Counted from the stretch's first letter, positions 37,926 through 53,057 are shown. The stretch: DNA of 64,000 bases from Eledone cirrhosa (GCA_964016885.1 OZ024758.1:15252001-15316000), one strand, 5' to 3'. Made by a program: numbers and translations. Notes: a model not told the origin generated them from the sequence alone.

Positions 37926-38419
37926 ACTTGTCTTTCACACTCTGGATTAATCCTACATTTAAGTAATCCTGCTCTTTTCTAGATTCACAGCTTCCTCATC
38001 TTCATCTTTTTCTTTTTCATCATCATCATCATCTTCATCACTTTTATCCTGTTCATCATCATCATCATCATTTTTATCCTTTTTATCATCATATATTATC
38101 ATCTTCATCATCATATCTTTTTCATCATCATCATCATCATATATCTCCTTTTTCATAGCTTGGACAGACTGACACTCCCCAAGACTAGATGTGTGTGTGG
38201 GGAGGGTGCCAAAAATGGAACATGTTTTGCTCATATGTTCCAGTTTAGGTTTGGTTTCTACAGCTGGATGCCCTTCTTAATGTCAACAACTTTACAGTGT
38301 GTACTGTGTAATGACCACTTTCAGTCACAAATGACCATGGGATTTACACCTAGAAAGTGACTTTCTGAGGCACAAGCCTTGGCAAATTTTTTTTTTTTTT
38401 TTTGTGAAAGACCAGCAGT

Positions 38420-38910
38420 TGCTCATGCATGCCAGTCGTCCTTCTCCACACCAACGATGTTGTCCAAGGGAAAGGTAAAGGCCGATACAGCTTGGCACCA
38501 ATGACATCACAACTTACTTCTACAGCTGAGTGAACTAGAGAAATGTGAAATAAAGTTTCTTGCTGAAGGACACAACATATCACCCGGTCTGAGAATCAAA
38601 TTCACAACCTCCCAATTGCAAGCCAAGCTCTCTAACCACTGATTCATGAGCCTTCATGTGGCGTGAAGTGACTGAGAATTCATGACTCCTCCCTAGACAG
38701 GTGACCAGTCCATCACAGGGTTAAACCCTCAGCTATTACTGGTACTCATTTTCAGCTGATTATACTGCAGCAAAGTGAAATAAAGTGTTTTGCTCAAGAA
38801 CTCAACACACAACATGACATGGTGTGCTTTGCTCAAGAACACAACACAACACAGTCCAGCCCAACCCAGGACATTATGATCATAAGCCCAACACCCTTAC
38901 CACCCTTGAC
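38420..38910 (-). mobile_element. Older SINE-B-like and SINE-C copies in tandem
   Basis: cagctgagtgaactagag...cacccggtctgagaatc and gaccagtccatcacaggg...tttgctcaagaac. Confidence 0.65.
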
Positions 38911-39181
38911 CATAGCAATTATGCCTTAATGAAGGAACCTTAGAATCTTTATATTATAACTTTCTCTACTAGAAATAATATACATCTCTCAAATTACATT
39001 ACAACCTTGAATAATTAATGAGAGATAATGTATTCACAAATATATGTGATTATAGGTCTGCTCAATCAAAGCAAACATAGCATTAAACAGCATATTAAAA
39101 TGCCAATGGTGATAAGAAAGGTTGATGTTATAACCAAATAAGGTCATTTTCATTTCAAATATGATTAGCTGCTAACCTACA

Positions 39182-39640
39182 TTAACCCTTTACAATTTAC
39201 ATTACTCTATATTTCCTATTGTAGTGTTGTGGTAAAGGCTTTACTTTACAGAATTATCTCACATAATATCGAACCTATCAGATTTTGATGTTACTTATTT
39301 TGAGAACAATACCTTAACATCAGTATGAGCAGCTGGTTACAACCAATTTGAACAGAAAGAGGTGAGATAATTCTGGCCTGTTTAAATGCTAAAGGGTTCA
39401 CCCTTTAACCCTTTAGCATTTACATTACTCTATATATTTACTATTATATATTTTCACGGTAAAGGCTTTATCTCACATAATATCGAATCTATGAGATTTT
39501 GATATTTATTATGAGAACAATACCTTAACATAAGTATAAGTGGCCAGTTACAGCCGGTTTGAACAGAAAGAGGTGAGAGAATTCTAGCCAGATATTATAA
39601 CCCTTTAACATTTACATTACTATATATTTACTATTGTATT
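39182..39640 (+). mobile_element. Tandem run of 2+ MITE-1 copies
   Basis: (t)aaccc(c)ttta starts at ~39182, 39405, 39597. Confidence 0.85.
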
Positions 39641-39662
39641 TGTTTTCCTCTTAATAAACAAT

Positions 39663-40010
39663 GGAGGCACATGGCTTAGTGGTTAGAACATTGGCCTTGC
39701 AATCGAAAGGTTGTGAGTTCAATTCTCAGCAGACCGGGTGATGTGTTGTTTCCTTGAGCAAGACACTTTATTTCACATTGTCCAGTTTACTCCGCTGTAG
39801 AAATGAGATGATAGGGACAGGGGTCCCTATCATTCCACTGCAAAGTGGTTGTGGAGGTGCCAAGGCAAAAAAAGCATCCAGCACTCACTGTAAATGAGGT
39901 TGGTGTTAGGAAGGGCATCCAGCTGTAGAAATCAAGCCAGAATCAGTTCCCGTCCCTCCCTTGCAAGCAGGGAAAAGCGGACGTAAAATGATGATGATGA
40001 TGATGATGAT
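39663..40010 (+). mobile_element. SINE-B, full length
   Basis: ggaggcacatggcttagtgg...(GAT)n. Confidence 0.9.
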
Positions 40011-40129
40011 AAAACAAAAAGCACATTGGGAAAGTAACTAACATGGTTCTTGTTTACTTTTTGTAGATATACATTTTTTGTTGAAATAATTAAATTTATA
40101 AAAATATTATGTGGGGCTACATGAGTTCT

Positions 40130-41990
40130 TTTCTTCACTCACTTATTCCTGAGAGGATCATGGGAACAGAGTCCTCAAACACTCCTTCCAGTTGATCCTG
40201 TCAGAAGCAACCATCTTCAACTGATCCAACTTGATACCCAAGCGAGACCAGCCAAGCTCATGGATGTTATCCAACTATCTTGCTTGGGGTGGGTCTACCC
40301 CTGGGTCTCTTGCTGGTTGGTTTTGTCCATAAAATCTGTCCAGTGATTCTTTCCTGAGACATTCGAACCACATGTCCATAGTATCAGAGCTGTGATCTCT
40401 CAATTTGGAGAAGTAGCAGCTCTACCTAGAGTGACTCTCTGATCTCCAAGCTACAAATCTGTCCAGCAATTCTTTCCTGAGACATTCGAACCACATGTCC
40501 ATAGTATCAGAGCTGTGATCTCTCAATTCAGAGAAGTAGCAGCTCTACCTAGAGTGACTCTCTCATCTCCAAGCTACAAATCTGTCCAGCGATTCTTTCC
40601 TGAGACATTCGAACCACATGTCCATAGTATCAGAGCTGTGATCTCTCAATTTGGAGAAGTAGCAGCTCTACCTAGAGTGACTCTCTCATCTCCAAGCTAC
40701 AAATCTGTCCAGCAATTCTTTCCTGAGACATTCGAACCACATGTCCATAGTATCAGAGCTGTGATCTCTCAATTTGGAGAAGTAGCAGCTCTACCTAGAG
40801 TGACTCTCTGATCTCCAAGCTACAAATCTGTCCAGCGATTCTTTCCCGAGACATTCGAACCAGATGTCCATAGTATCAGAGCTGTGATCTCTCAATTTGG
40901 AGAAGTAGCAGCTCTACCTAGAGTGACTCTCTGATCTCCAAGCTACAAATCTGTCCAGCAATTCTTTCCTGAGACATTCGAACCACATGTCCATAGTATC
41001 AGAGCTGTGATCTCTCAATTTGGAGAAGTAGCAGCTCTACCTAGAGTGACTCTCTGATCTCCAAGCTACAAATCTGTCCAGCGATTCTTTCCTGAGACAT
41101 TTGAACCACATGTCCATAGTATCAGAGCTGTGATCTCCAAGCTACAAATCTGTCCAGCGATTCTTTCCTGAGACATTCTAACCACATGCCCATAGTATCA
41201 GAGCTGTGATCTCTCAATTCAGAGAAGTAGCAGCTCTACCTAGAGTGACTCTCTCATCTCCAAGCTACAAATCTGTCCAGCAATTCTTTCCTGAGACATT
41301 CTAACCACATGTTTATAGTATCAGAGCTGTGATCTCTCAATTCAGAGAAGTAGCAGCTCTACCTAGAGTGACTCTCTGATCTCCAAGCTACAAATCTGTC
41401 CAGCAATTCTTTCCTGAGACATTCGAACCACATGTCCATAGTATCAGAGCTGTGATCTCTCAATTTGGAGAAGTAGCAGCTCTACCTAGAGTGACTCTCT
41501 GATCTCCAAGCTACAAATCTGTCCAGCGATTCTTTCCTGAGACATTCTAACCACATGTCCATAGTATCAGAGCTGTGATCTCTCAATTTGGAGAAGTAGC
41601 GGCTCTACCTGGAGTGACTCTCTGATCTCCAAGCTACAAATCTGTCCAGCGATTCTTTCCTGAGACATTCGAACCACATGTCCATAGTATCAGAGCTGTG
41701 ATCTCTCAATTCAGAGAAGTAGCAGCTCTACCTGGAGTGACTCTCTGATCTCCAAGCTACAAATCTGTCCAGCAATTCTTTCCTGAGACATTCTAACCAC
41801 ATGTTTATAGTATCAGAGCTGTGATCTCTCAATTCAGAGAAGTAGCAGCTCTACCTAGAGTGATTCTCTCATCTCCAAGCTACAAATCTGTCCAGCGATT
41901 CTTTCCTGAGACATTCGAACCACATGCCCATAGTATTGGAGCTGTGATCTTAGTGGCTCCACCTGGAGTGACTCACTGATCTCAGTTACA
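40130..41990 (-). repeat. RTE (Expander/Rex3-like) 3' end with a 123-bp coding segment amplified ~13.5x
   Basis: aaatctgtcc at 40332, 40455, 40578, 40701...; unit reads EIRESL.VELLLLQIERSQL.YYGHVVRMSQER on minus; followed by KRPRGRP...LGWSRLGI. Confidence 0.9.
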
Positions 41991-42389
41991 CACTTATATT
42001 TCTAAGGTTAAATATATGTAACATTTCGTTATAGTAATTTTAACGAAAAAAAAAACCGTAACACTTTCCTTATCATATTTCTAATGAAAGAAAGACAATA
42101 CAGATTTACAAATAATTTTGACATTCTAACCACATGCCTGTATTTTTTGTAGATGTAACATTTTTGTTAAAATAATTAAATCTATAAAAATTCTGTGTGG
42201 GACTACATAAAGTAAACTTTTTAAAATTTTTTCACAACATTGCTTTTTACAATGTTGTAGAAAAATATATCTGTTGTTTTTAAGCAGCTGTTTCAGTTGA
42301 GTCAGCACTTGAGAGAAATTCTTTGAAAACTGCTAATTCTGCATATCATTCTGTACTGGGTTTCTTTCTATATAATAAATATTATGCAA

Positions 42390-42926
42390 ATATGTGTGTG
42401 TGTGTGTCTATATATATATGCATTCATGTTTCTAGGTATGCATGTATATAAATATGTGTGTATGTTTGTACATGTGCGTGCATACGTGTGTATGTATGTA
42501 TGTATGGACATATCTGTGTATGTATGTATGTATATATCTGTGTGTGTGGATGTATATACCTCTGTATGTGTAAGTATATATGTATCTGTAAGTATGTATG
42601 TGTGTATGTATATGTATGTGTGTATGTATATATATGTAAGTATCTGTATTTATATATATGTAAGTATATATGTATGAATGTATATATATATATGTAAGTA
42701 TATGTATTTGTGGATGTATGTATGTATATATATGTGTATGTATATATATGTGTTTGTGTATATATGTGTATATACATACATGTGTATATATAAATATATA
42801 TATATATACATACATACATATATGTATATATATATATACATATATGTATATATATATATACATATATGTATATATATATATATATACATATATGTATATA
42901 TATATATATATATACATACATATATG

Positions 42927-42968
<42 letters not shown>

Positions 42969-43310
42969 TATATGTATATATATATATATATACATACATA
43001 TATGTATATATATATATATATATACATATATGTATATATATATACATACATATATGTATATATAGATACATACATCTATGTATATATATATACATACATA
43101 TATGTATATATAGATACATACATATATGTATATATATATATACATACATACATACATATATGTATATATACATACATACATATATGTATATATACATACA
43201 TACATATATGTATACACACATACATACATATGTGTATACATACATATATGTATATATACATACATACATATATGTATATATGTATACACACATACATACA
43301 TGTGTATACA

Positions 43311-43341
<31 letters not shown>

Positions 43342-43397
43342 GTGTATATATGTATACACACATACATACATATGTATATATACATACATACATACAT

Positions 43398-43430
<33 letters not shown>

Positions 43431-44014
43431 GCAAGATAATCTGAGGAAAACAGGAATACAGTAATTACATTTAATGTGAAGTGACTGGGTGCTAAAGTTT
43501 GGTAGACTCATCAAATACACACAGACATACACATACATGCATACATGTACACATACACATATGTACATACATGTATATACACATATGTACATACATGTAT
43601 ACATATACACATGTATACATATATATATACACGCATACATGCATACATATACACATGTACATGCACACATACACATGTATACATATACATATACACATGT
43701 ACATACATACATATACACATACATGCATACATGCACACATATACACATGTACATGCACACATACACATGTATACATATACACATGTACATGCACACATAC
43801 ACACATGTACATGCATACATACACACATGTACATGCATACATACACACATGTACATGCATACATACACACATGTACATGCATACATACACACATGTACAT
43901 GCATACATACACACATGTACATGCATACATACACACATGTACATGCATACATACACACACACATGCATATATACATACATGCACATACATACACACATGC
44001 ATGCATACATACTC

Positions 44015-44046
<32 letters not shown>

Positions 44047-44312
44047 GCTCTCACACGCACACACAATGTACAATGTACACACATACATACATACAGAAAC
44101 ATATTCTCACACATACACACATGCATACATATACACACATGCATACAGACACACATACACACATATACATACACACACATACATATACAGACATACATAC
44201 ACACACATTCATGCTCACACATACATACACAAACACATTCTCACACATACATACACATGCACACACATACATATACACACATGCATACAGACACACATAC
44301 ACACACATTCAC

Positions 44313-44345
<33 letters not shown>

Positions 44346-44415
44346 TACATACATACATACATACATATACAGACATACATACACACACATTCATGCTCAC
44401 ACACATGTACACATA
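42390..44415. repeat. Two large (TA)n/(CA)n compound microsatellites
   Basis: Direct inspection; source of the 300-520 aa spurious ORFs. Confidence 0.95.
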
Positions 44416-44736
44416 AACATGATATAAAAAAGAAACCCGACATAAAACTATGAACACTAAGAGCAGATGGTTTGAGATGAAATTTCTTCACATCAACAAT
44501 TCACTTTTTTGCTCTTGTGTTAAAATTTACCACAAAAATTTGGCATTGTTGCTGTTGTCATTGCTGTTGTTGTTGTTGTTGCTGCTGTTACTGCTATTGT
44601 TGTTATTGTTTCTTGTTTTTTTTGTTTTTTGTCGTTTTTGTGATGGATGATCAGAATATAATTCTTTCATCTGGATTATGTCAGATTTATAACAGTAGTA
44701 CTAGTAGTGGTAGTAGTGGTAGTGGTGGTAGTAGTG

Positions 44737-44767
<31 letters not shown>

Positions 44768-44870
44768 AATTTTTGTTAGTTTGCAGTTCTGTAAGCAATA
44801 AAAATGTGTGTATATACACACACACACACACACATTTATATATATATGGACTGAGAGGGACAATAAATAA

Positions 44871-44968
<98 letters not shown>

Positions 44969-45152
44969 TTATATATATATCGACTGAGAGGGACAATAAA
45001 TAAATAAATATATATATATGTAGAGGTTATATTTAATTTGTTGGGATACAACAAGCAAAATATTTTTATAACTGATATAAAGCACTCAACAAATTATTGG
45101 AGTAAATATACAATATATTAACAAATGGAAACTATATTTATAAAACCATATT

Positions 45153-45218
45153 TATTTCATTATACATATTTCAAGGGGCACCAAGGCAAACTATGGTGCG
45201 CTTTCATCAGATAAAATA
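45153..45218 (-). ncRNA. Type I hammerhead ribozyme motif (inverted-arm copy)
   Basis: Reverse complement: tattttat-CUGAUGA-aagcgcacca...tggtgcccctt-GAAA-tatgta-UA-atgaaata. Confidence 0.6.
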
Positions 45219-45435
45219 TAATATAGGTTAGTTTTATAAATAAATATTGACATACCCTGAAAAAATGCAACCAACGGCTTAATTTAAATATACTGTTATT
45301 TAAACCTTTCCGACACTAATTTGCATAATAAACCAACAATAAATCTAATAACTCCACCATCCAGGAGATTCCAACCAGAATGGTTGCATTTTTTCAGGGT
45401 ATGCCAATATTTATTTATAAAACTAACCTATATTA

Positions 45436-45501
45436 TATTTTATCTGATGAAAGCACACCATAGTTTGCCTTGGTGGTTCTTGAAATATGTATAATGAAAT
45501 A
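45436..45501 (+). ncRNA. Type I hammerhead ribozyme motif
   Basis: tattttat-CUGAUGA-stem II-GAAA-tatgta-UA-atgaaata; 8-bp stem I; predicted cleavage after 45493. Confidence 0.6.
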
Positions 45502-45541
45502 AATATGGTTTTATAAATATAGTTTCCATTTGTTAATATAT

Positions 45542-45610
<69 letters not shown>

Positions 45611-45752
45611 GCTCCAACCATTTCTAACTGTCAAAATGGCCAGAGCTCAGCGATTGGGGTCCTGAAATCTTTTCATATTACCCACTCTACTGCCCCAGGT
45701 ATCGAATACTCTAGTGGGTTATGGTCTAGTAGGTTTTTACCACACTCTATCT

Positions 45753-45805
<53 letters not shown>

Positions 45806-46127
45806 CTACATCCCCAAATTCGCCAAGCATCATCCCCACCCCTTCAAAGTTTCCAAAATGTCATATTCAGGGACACAATGCATCACCTGGTCTGAGAATC
45901 AAACTTATAACCTCACGGTTGCAAGCCCAACACTCTAACCACTAAGCCATGTGCCTTCATTATGTGTAATTATGGGAGCATGTTTGTGTGAAATTGTGTG
46001 TGTGTGTGTGTGTGAATGTGTGTGTGTTTGATGAATTCCTACCAAACTATATATTATATTATTTATCTATGTTCATACACTGAACAACGGCACTTTTAAT
46101 CCTACAAGAGTAGCTTGAATTTTATAT

Positions 46128-46550
46128 ATCATCATCATCATCATTTTACGTCCGCTTTTCCCTGCTTGCAAGGGTGGGACGAGAACTGATTCTGACTTGA
46201 TTTTCTACAGTTGGATGCCATTCCTAACACCAACCTTATTTACAGTGAGTGCTGGGTGCTTTTTTGCCGTGGCACCTCCACGACCACTTTACAGTGGAAT
46301 GATAGGGACCCCAACCTCATTTACAGTGAGTGCTGGGTTTTATTTTTGCTGTGGCACCTCCACGACCACTTTGCAGTGGAATGATAGGGACCGCAGTCCC
46401 TATCATCTCATTTCTACAGCTGAGTAAACTGGAGCAATGTGAAATAAAGTGTCTTGCTCAAGGAAACAACACATCACCCGGTCTGAGAATTGAACTCACA
46501 ACCTTTCGATTGCAAGGCCAATGCTCTAACCACTAAGCCATGTGCCTCCA
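46128..46550 (-). mobile_element. SINE-B with an ~80-bp internal duplication
   Basis: ccaacct(t/c)atttacagtgagtgctggg...gaatgatagggacc present twice. Confidence 0.85.
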
Positions 46551-46590
46551 TATATATATATTAAATTTAAGCCAAAATCCTGGTATATTC

Positions 46591-46621
<31 letters not shown>

Positions 46622-48309
46622 TCATACATATACAGAGGGACTTTACATATAATCCCCATTACAAAAATCTTGTTCACACTGGCATTATCTTCAATTATTT
46701 GCTCTCCTTTAACTAGAACTGAATATATTCCATCACTAGTTACTAAATTACTGTATTGCTCTGAATAGAGCATTCTCTGATTTATTCTAAGTGTTCCCTA
46801 AGGGTAAGCTAGGTATTGTCCACAATTCTCATTCTTCCATTCTCCTATTCTAAAGGTAGGGAATCCTGCCATAAAACTCTCCATTCAATTAAACAGACTG
46901 ATAGAATTGTTTGGAGAAAGCCAGTACAATACAAGTTAGAAATAAAAATGAGGAGACAAATCAGTTTACACCTTTACATTATATTTTCAAAAGGAAGGAA
47001 ATAGTGTGATGGTAATCATGAGCTGAGCTCTTTGCCACCATCATCATCCGGCATTTTCCTTTCTGTTGAAAAAGGCGTTTTAACCCCAAAATATGAAATA
47101 TATGGTAAAAGTGTAAACTGTTCTTTTGTTTTGTCTTACTTTACTCTGATTTTCACTCCTTTATTTCTATTAACCTTTCAACTGACCCTCATATTATTAA
47201 ATCTTTTCAAATTCTTGATTATTTTGAAGATTATTTGTCAATCTTAGTGTCTTTCATTAGAAATATGGTAAAGAAATGGTTAGATTTTTTTTTCATTAGA
47301 AATATGGAAAGGAAAGTGTTACAGTTTTTCATTAGAAATTTGATAAAGAAAGGGTTACATGTCTACCATTAGAAATATGAAAAGGAAAAGAGTTACATTT
47401 TTTTTCATTAGAAATATGGAAAGGAAAGGGTTGCATTTTTTATGTTGTGTTTTGGTATTTTGTATCACAAAGTTGTGTCACAACCAATTGGTTCTATCAT
47501 TGATAAAATCTATGTCCCAGGATGGATGAAGTAAACATACTTAATCTCTCTGGTAATGGAAAAAAACCCCCACAAAACCAGAAATAGGATGACTAATATA
47601 AAGAGACATATATGTTAGCCATCCTACTGCCGGATGGTCAATTGAGACAACAAAGGAGCCATCTATAAAAAATTACTCGGTATTGATTATTGCTAGATTT
47701 ATATTCATAAACTAAATTAAAATTGTCTTTGACTGAAAGGGCTGCACCTCTGTTGGTTTCAGTGGTGAGTTTTCTAGTTGTTGGATCAACAGAACAGCTT
47801 GCTTATGGCATATGGAATTAATGTACAAGTGACTGAGCATTCCACAGATGTGTACACTCTTAACCCTTTCATAACTACATTTCTACTGAAATACATTCTA
47901 TTTTAATTAATTAATTGTTTCTACTTCAGGCACAAGGCCACCCAGTGCATTACTGGTACTTTATTTTATCGACCCCGTAAGGATGAAAGGCAAAGTCAAC
48001 CTCGGCGGGATTTGAACTCATTAATGAAGAATTTTTATGGAATTAACTAAAATTATTAATTATTTCATTACTAAGATAGTATCTTAATCCTTTAGCATTT
48101 ACATTACTCTATATTTACTAAAGTACCAGTAATGTACTGGGTAATTGCTGGCCTTGTGCCAAAAGTAGAAACAATTATATTTTCATGGTAGAGGCTTTAC
48201 CTTTCAAAATTATCTCACATAATATCAAACCTATGAGATTTTGATATTATTTATTTTGAGAACAATACCTTAACATCGTTATGAGTGGCCACCTACAGCT
48301 GGTTTGAAC

Positions 48310-48920
48310 ATGTGATGTATTGTGTTGTGATGTGATGTGATGTTGTGTGATGTGTTGTGTTGTGAGGTGTTGTGATGTGATGTATTGTGAGGTGTTGTGC
48401 TATGATATTTTGTGATGTGTTGTGTTGTGATGTGTTGTGATGTGATGTATTGTGAGGTGTTGTGCTATGATATTTTGTGCTGTGTTGTGTTGTGTTGTGT
48501 TGTGTTGTGTTGTGAGGTGTTGTGCTATGATATTTTGTGATGTGCTATGCTGTGTTGTGTTGTGTTGTGTTGTGATGTGGTGTGAGGTATTGTGATGTGA
48601 TGTATTGTGAGGTGTTGTGCTATGATATTTTGTGATGTGCTATGCTGTGTTGTGTTGTGTTGTGTTGTGATGTGGTGTGTTGTGAGGTATTGTGGTGTGA
48701 TGTATTGTGAGGTGTTGTGCTATGATATTTTGTGATGTGCTATGCTGTGTTGTGATGTGATGTGATGTATTGTGAGGTGTTGTGATGTGCTGTGCTGTGT
48801 TGTGTTGTGTTGTGATGTGATGTATTGATGTGATGTGTTGCGATGTGATGTATTGATGTGATGTGTTGCGATGTGATGTGATGTGTTGCGATGTGATGTA
48901 TTGCGATGGGTTGTGCTATG
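48310..48920. repeat. (TGTGA/TGTGT)n pentanucleotide microsatellite
   Basis: Direct inspection. Confidence 0.95.
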
Positions 48921-49389
48921 TATATATTTATACTCAGTGTAAGTTTGTTTGTTCAGTGTATACTATATAACAGGCTTATATTACTTCAGAAGATCTAGAT
49001 AGTTAGAATATTATAATTCTGTGATCCTTTCATGGCTCTCACACTTATTCTATGTAAACATCTCGACTATATTGAGTTGATGAAATTGGCTTCACCATGC
49101 AAGTGTAACTATTGATCTAACTAGCAGTAAGCTTACTTTCTCTATTGCTCTCAGGTGTTGGCTAACATTTCATACAGTTTCCATCAAATACATGTGGTGG
49201 TGGCGGTGGTGATGGGAGTTGGGAGACGGTGGGGTGTGTGGTGGTTGTACAATCCTGAGAAAGAAAATTCAATAAATGGGTAGAATGATATATATTGTAT
49301 TATATCAAATTTGCTAAGAGCCCTTAAACATGAAACTCCTTGCTATCACTTCTCGGGTATGTATGTGTGTGTGTATATATATATATATT

Positions 49390-49487
49390 CAGGGTGTTCC
49401 CAAAAAATATATACACACTTCAACAGCATTCTAATAAATATTGCCTGTACAGGTAATCAGTGTGTATACATTTTGGGGGACACCCTG
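49390..49487. mobile_element. ~100-bp Tc1/mariner-type MITE
   Basis: TIRs cagggtgttcccaaaa..tatatacacact / agtgtgtatacattttgggggacaccctg. Confidence 0.7.
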
Positions 49488-49489
49488 TG

Positions 49490-49529
<40 letters not shown>

Positions 49530-49533
<4 letters not shown>

Positions 49534-49910
49534 GAGGTTATATTTAATTTGTTGGGATTCAACAAGCTTTAAAATGTTATAACTGATATAAAGCACTCAA
49601 CAGAATAGTGGAGTATATATTCAATATATTAATAAATGGAAACTATATTTATAAAACCATAATTATTTTATTATATATATTTCACCTCAATAATATGTAT
49701 CACCCTCAATAAAATATTATCTCCACTATCCAGGGAGCTTCAACCGTTAAGGTTGTCTCTTTTCCGGGTATGTCAATATTTATTTATAAAACAAATCTGT
49801 ATTTTATCTGATGAAAGTGCACCATAATTTGCCTTGGTTGCCCTTGAAATATATAAAATAAAATAATTATGGTTTTATAAATATAGTTTCCATTTATTAA
49901 TATATTGTAT
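49530..49910. mobile_element. Second copy of the 45-kb Penelope-like element (~63-bp arms), hammerhead core mutated
   Basis: Same left end agaggttatatttaatttgttggga; CUGAUGA...GAAA at 49808-49849 lacks the U of the UH site. Confidence 0.7.
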
Positions 49911-50127
49911 ATGTATATATGTCCACGCTGTAATGTGGCCGTGTAGGCAACACGGTAAAAACCTCCCAGACCCACACTGTAAATGTGGTTGGTGTTAGGA
50001 AGGGCATCCAACTGTAGAAAACCTGCCAGACAGTCCTATGCGAGCAAGACAATCACTCTTGCCTCAAGTGGGAAAACCCCCATCCAAACCCATGCAAGCG
50101 TGGAACACGGACGTTAAACGTTGATGA

Positions 50128-50185
<58 letters not shown>

Positions 50186-50449
50186 CGTTTCTGAATTTGT
50201 TTAGCAAGATTCTTTATCTGAAAACGTGTGTTGAAACCGATATATATATATATATATATACATATATAATATACTCCAGTCCTACAAACTGTAGAGTGCT
50301 TCTTATCCGATATCTGCATTGCTTTATTGTACTACAATAAAACTCACCTCCTACATATATACATATATATATATATATATATGTCTGTGTGTGTTTGTTC
50401 TTTTTGCACTTATTAAAAATGGCAGACAATATCTTTTATTATATTATAT

Positions 50450-51340
50450 GGGCAATGGTTTGGCAGTCGTTAGAGCATCACACAAAAGGCTTATCTGTAT
50501 TTGTCCCCAGCGCTTTACATTCTGGGTTCAAATCTCACCAAAGTTAGCTTTGCCTTTCATCCTTATAAGGTCAACAAAATAAAATACCAGTAACACATTG
50601 GGGGCCGATTAAATCGACTTCCTCGCCTCCAAAGTTGTTGGCCTTGTACCTAAATCAGAAACTATTATTATGGCGATGCTTTGCCTTTTTATCCTTATGG
50701 GGACGATAAAATAAAGTACCAGTAATGCACTGGGGTCAATTTAATCAACTTCCCTCCTGATCCAAAATTTGTGCCTAAATCAGGAACCATTATGTGGATT
50801 GGCAAGGGTGGTGGATTGGCAGTATCGGTAGAGGGTCGGACGCCATGCTTTGACGCATAGAGTTATGGCCCTTCTGAGTTCAAATCCCGCCGAGGTTAAC
50901 TTTGCCTTTCATCCCTACGGGGTCGATAAAATAAAGTACCAGTAATGCACTGGGTAATTGCTGGCCTTGTGCCAAAAAAGTAGAAACAATTATTATGTGG
51001 ATTGGCAAGGGCGGTGGATTGGCAGTATCGGTAGAGGGTCGGACGCCATGTTTTGCAGCAAAGAGTTACGGCCCTTTATGGTCTGAGTTCAAATCCCGCC
51101 GAGGTTAACTTTGCCTTTCATCCTTACGGGGTCGACAAATTAAAGCACCAGTGATACACTGGGCTAATTGCTGGCCTTGTGCGAAAAGTAGAAACAAGTA
51201 TTATGGCAAGTAGATTGACAGTATTGGTAGAGCGTTGGACAACATACTTTGCCTTTTTATCCTTATGGGGTGTTGATAAAATGAAATACCAGTAACGCAC
51301 TGGGGCCAAATTAATGGCCTTGTTCCTAAACCAGAAACTA
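50450..51340 (+). mobile_element. Head-to-tail/nested cluster of ~5-6 SINE-A copies
   Basis: Duplicated attatgtggattggcaa around one copy (~50790 and ~50992). Confidence 0.85.
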
Positions 51341-51744
51341 TTATACTATATTATATATTTTATGAAATATATAAAGAAAAATATGAAACATGATTTTTAA
51401 AAGAAATAAAAAAGCAAATGGAGTGAGGTGGAGAGGTTTTGAAGTTATTCTACACAGTATAGAAAGTAATAGAAGTTCCCAGATACTGGTTGATAGTAGC
51501 ATTCTCTGATTTATTGTGTTGTTTAACAGATCTTGGATATTTCCATATATTATAGTAAATGGAATGGTTTTTTTGTTATTTTATGTCTACCATAAATTTA
51601 CTGTCTTCGCTTAACAATAACTATGTCTATATATTAGTCATTTATAATACTGATGTGGTTCAGTGATTCCTTCATGTTTAAATTCTATGTTATTTTAAGT
51701 AATCATGTTTTCAAGGGAAGGTTAATTAACTGAACTTAAGTATT

Positions 51745-52620
<876 letters not shown>

Positions 52621-52923
52621 CAATATATATCGGTGGATTGGCAGTATCGGTAGAGAGTCGGACACCATGCTTTGAAGCATAGTTACATCCCTTTATGATC
52701 TGAGTTCAAATCCCGCCGAGGTTAACTTTGCCTTTCATCCTTACGGAGTCAATAAAATAAAGTACCAGTAATACACTGGGTAATTGCTGGCCTTGTGCCA
52801 AAAGTAGAAACAATATATATATATATATATATAGAAGATATCGTTTAAGGTAATCCAGCTAAAGGTTAAGTACGCTTTAGATAAACCCTATTGTACAACC
52901 GACCATGTTATTCTTCATTCTTT

Positions 52924-52963
<40 letters not shown>

Positions 52964-52984
52964 CCATAGGCTATATGTATAAAG

Positions 52985-53020
<36 letters not shown>

Positions 53021-53057
53021 TGCATTCAATCTTGATGTGTTTATTTTAAACTGATAT

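Larger units (their letters stand above)
45020..45545. mobile_element. Penelope-like non-autonomous element with ~165-bp inverted arms
   Basis: 45108-45273 inverted at 45381-45545; (TA)n flanks; sister copy at 49530-49910 with shorter arms. Confidence 0.7.

Noticed and set aside
37959-38234. Asp-rich 91-aa ORF
   Set aside because: Product of a degenerate (TCA)n tail next to an RTE/SINE 3' fragment
45605-45755. TA-flanked fragment related (inverted) to 26130-26222
   Set aside because: Dispersed repeat fragment, too short to classify; no TIR pair, TSD or ribozyme core
49137-49254. Minus-strand exon-like segment (ttttctttctcag...aaa|gtaagc)
   Set aside because: Stops in all three frames; only a non-coding exon is possible and nothing else supports it
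50184-50243. ctgaaaacgtgtgttgaaac as a hammerhead
   Set aside because: G8 missing and no stem II
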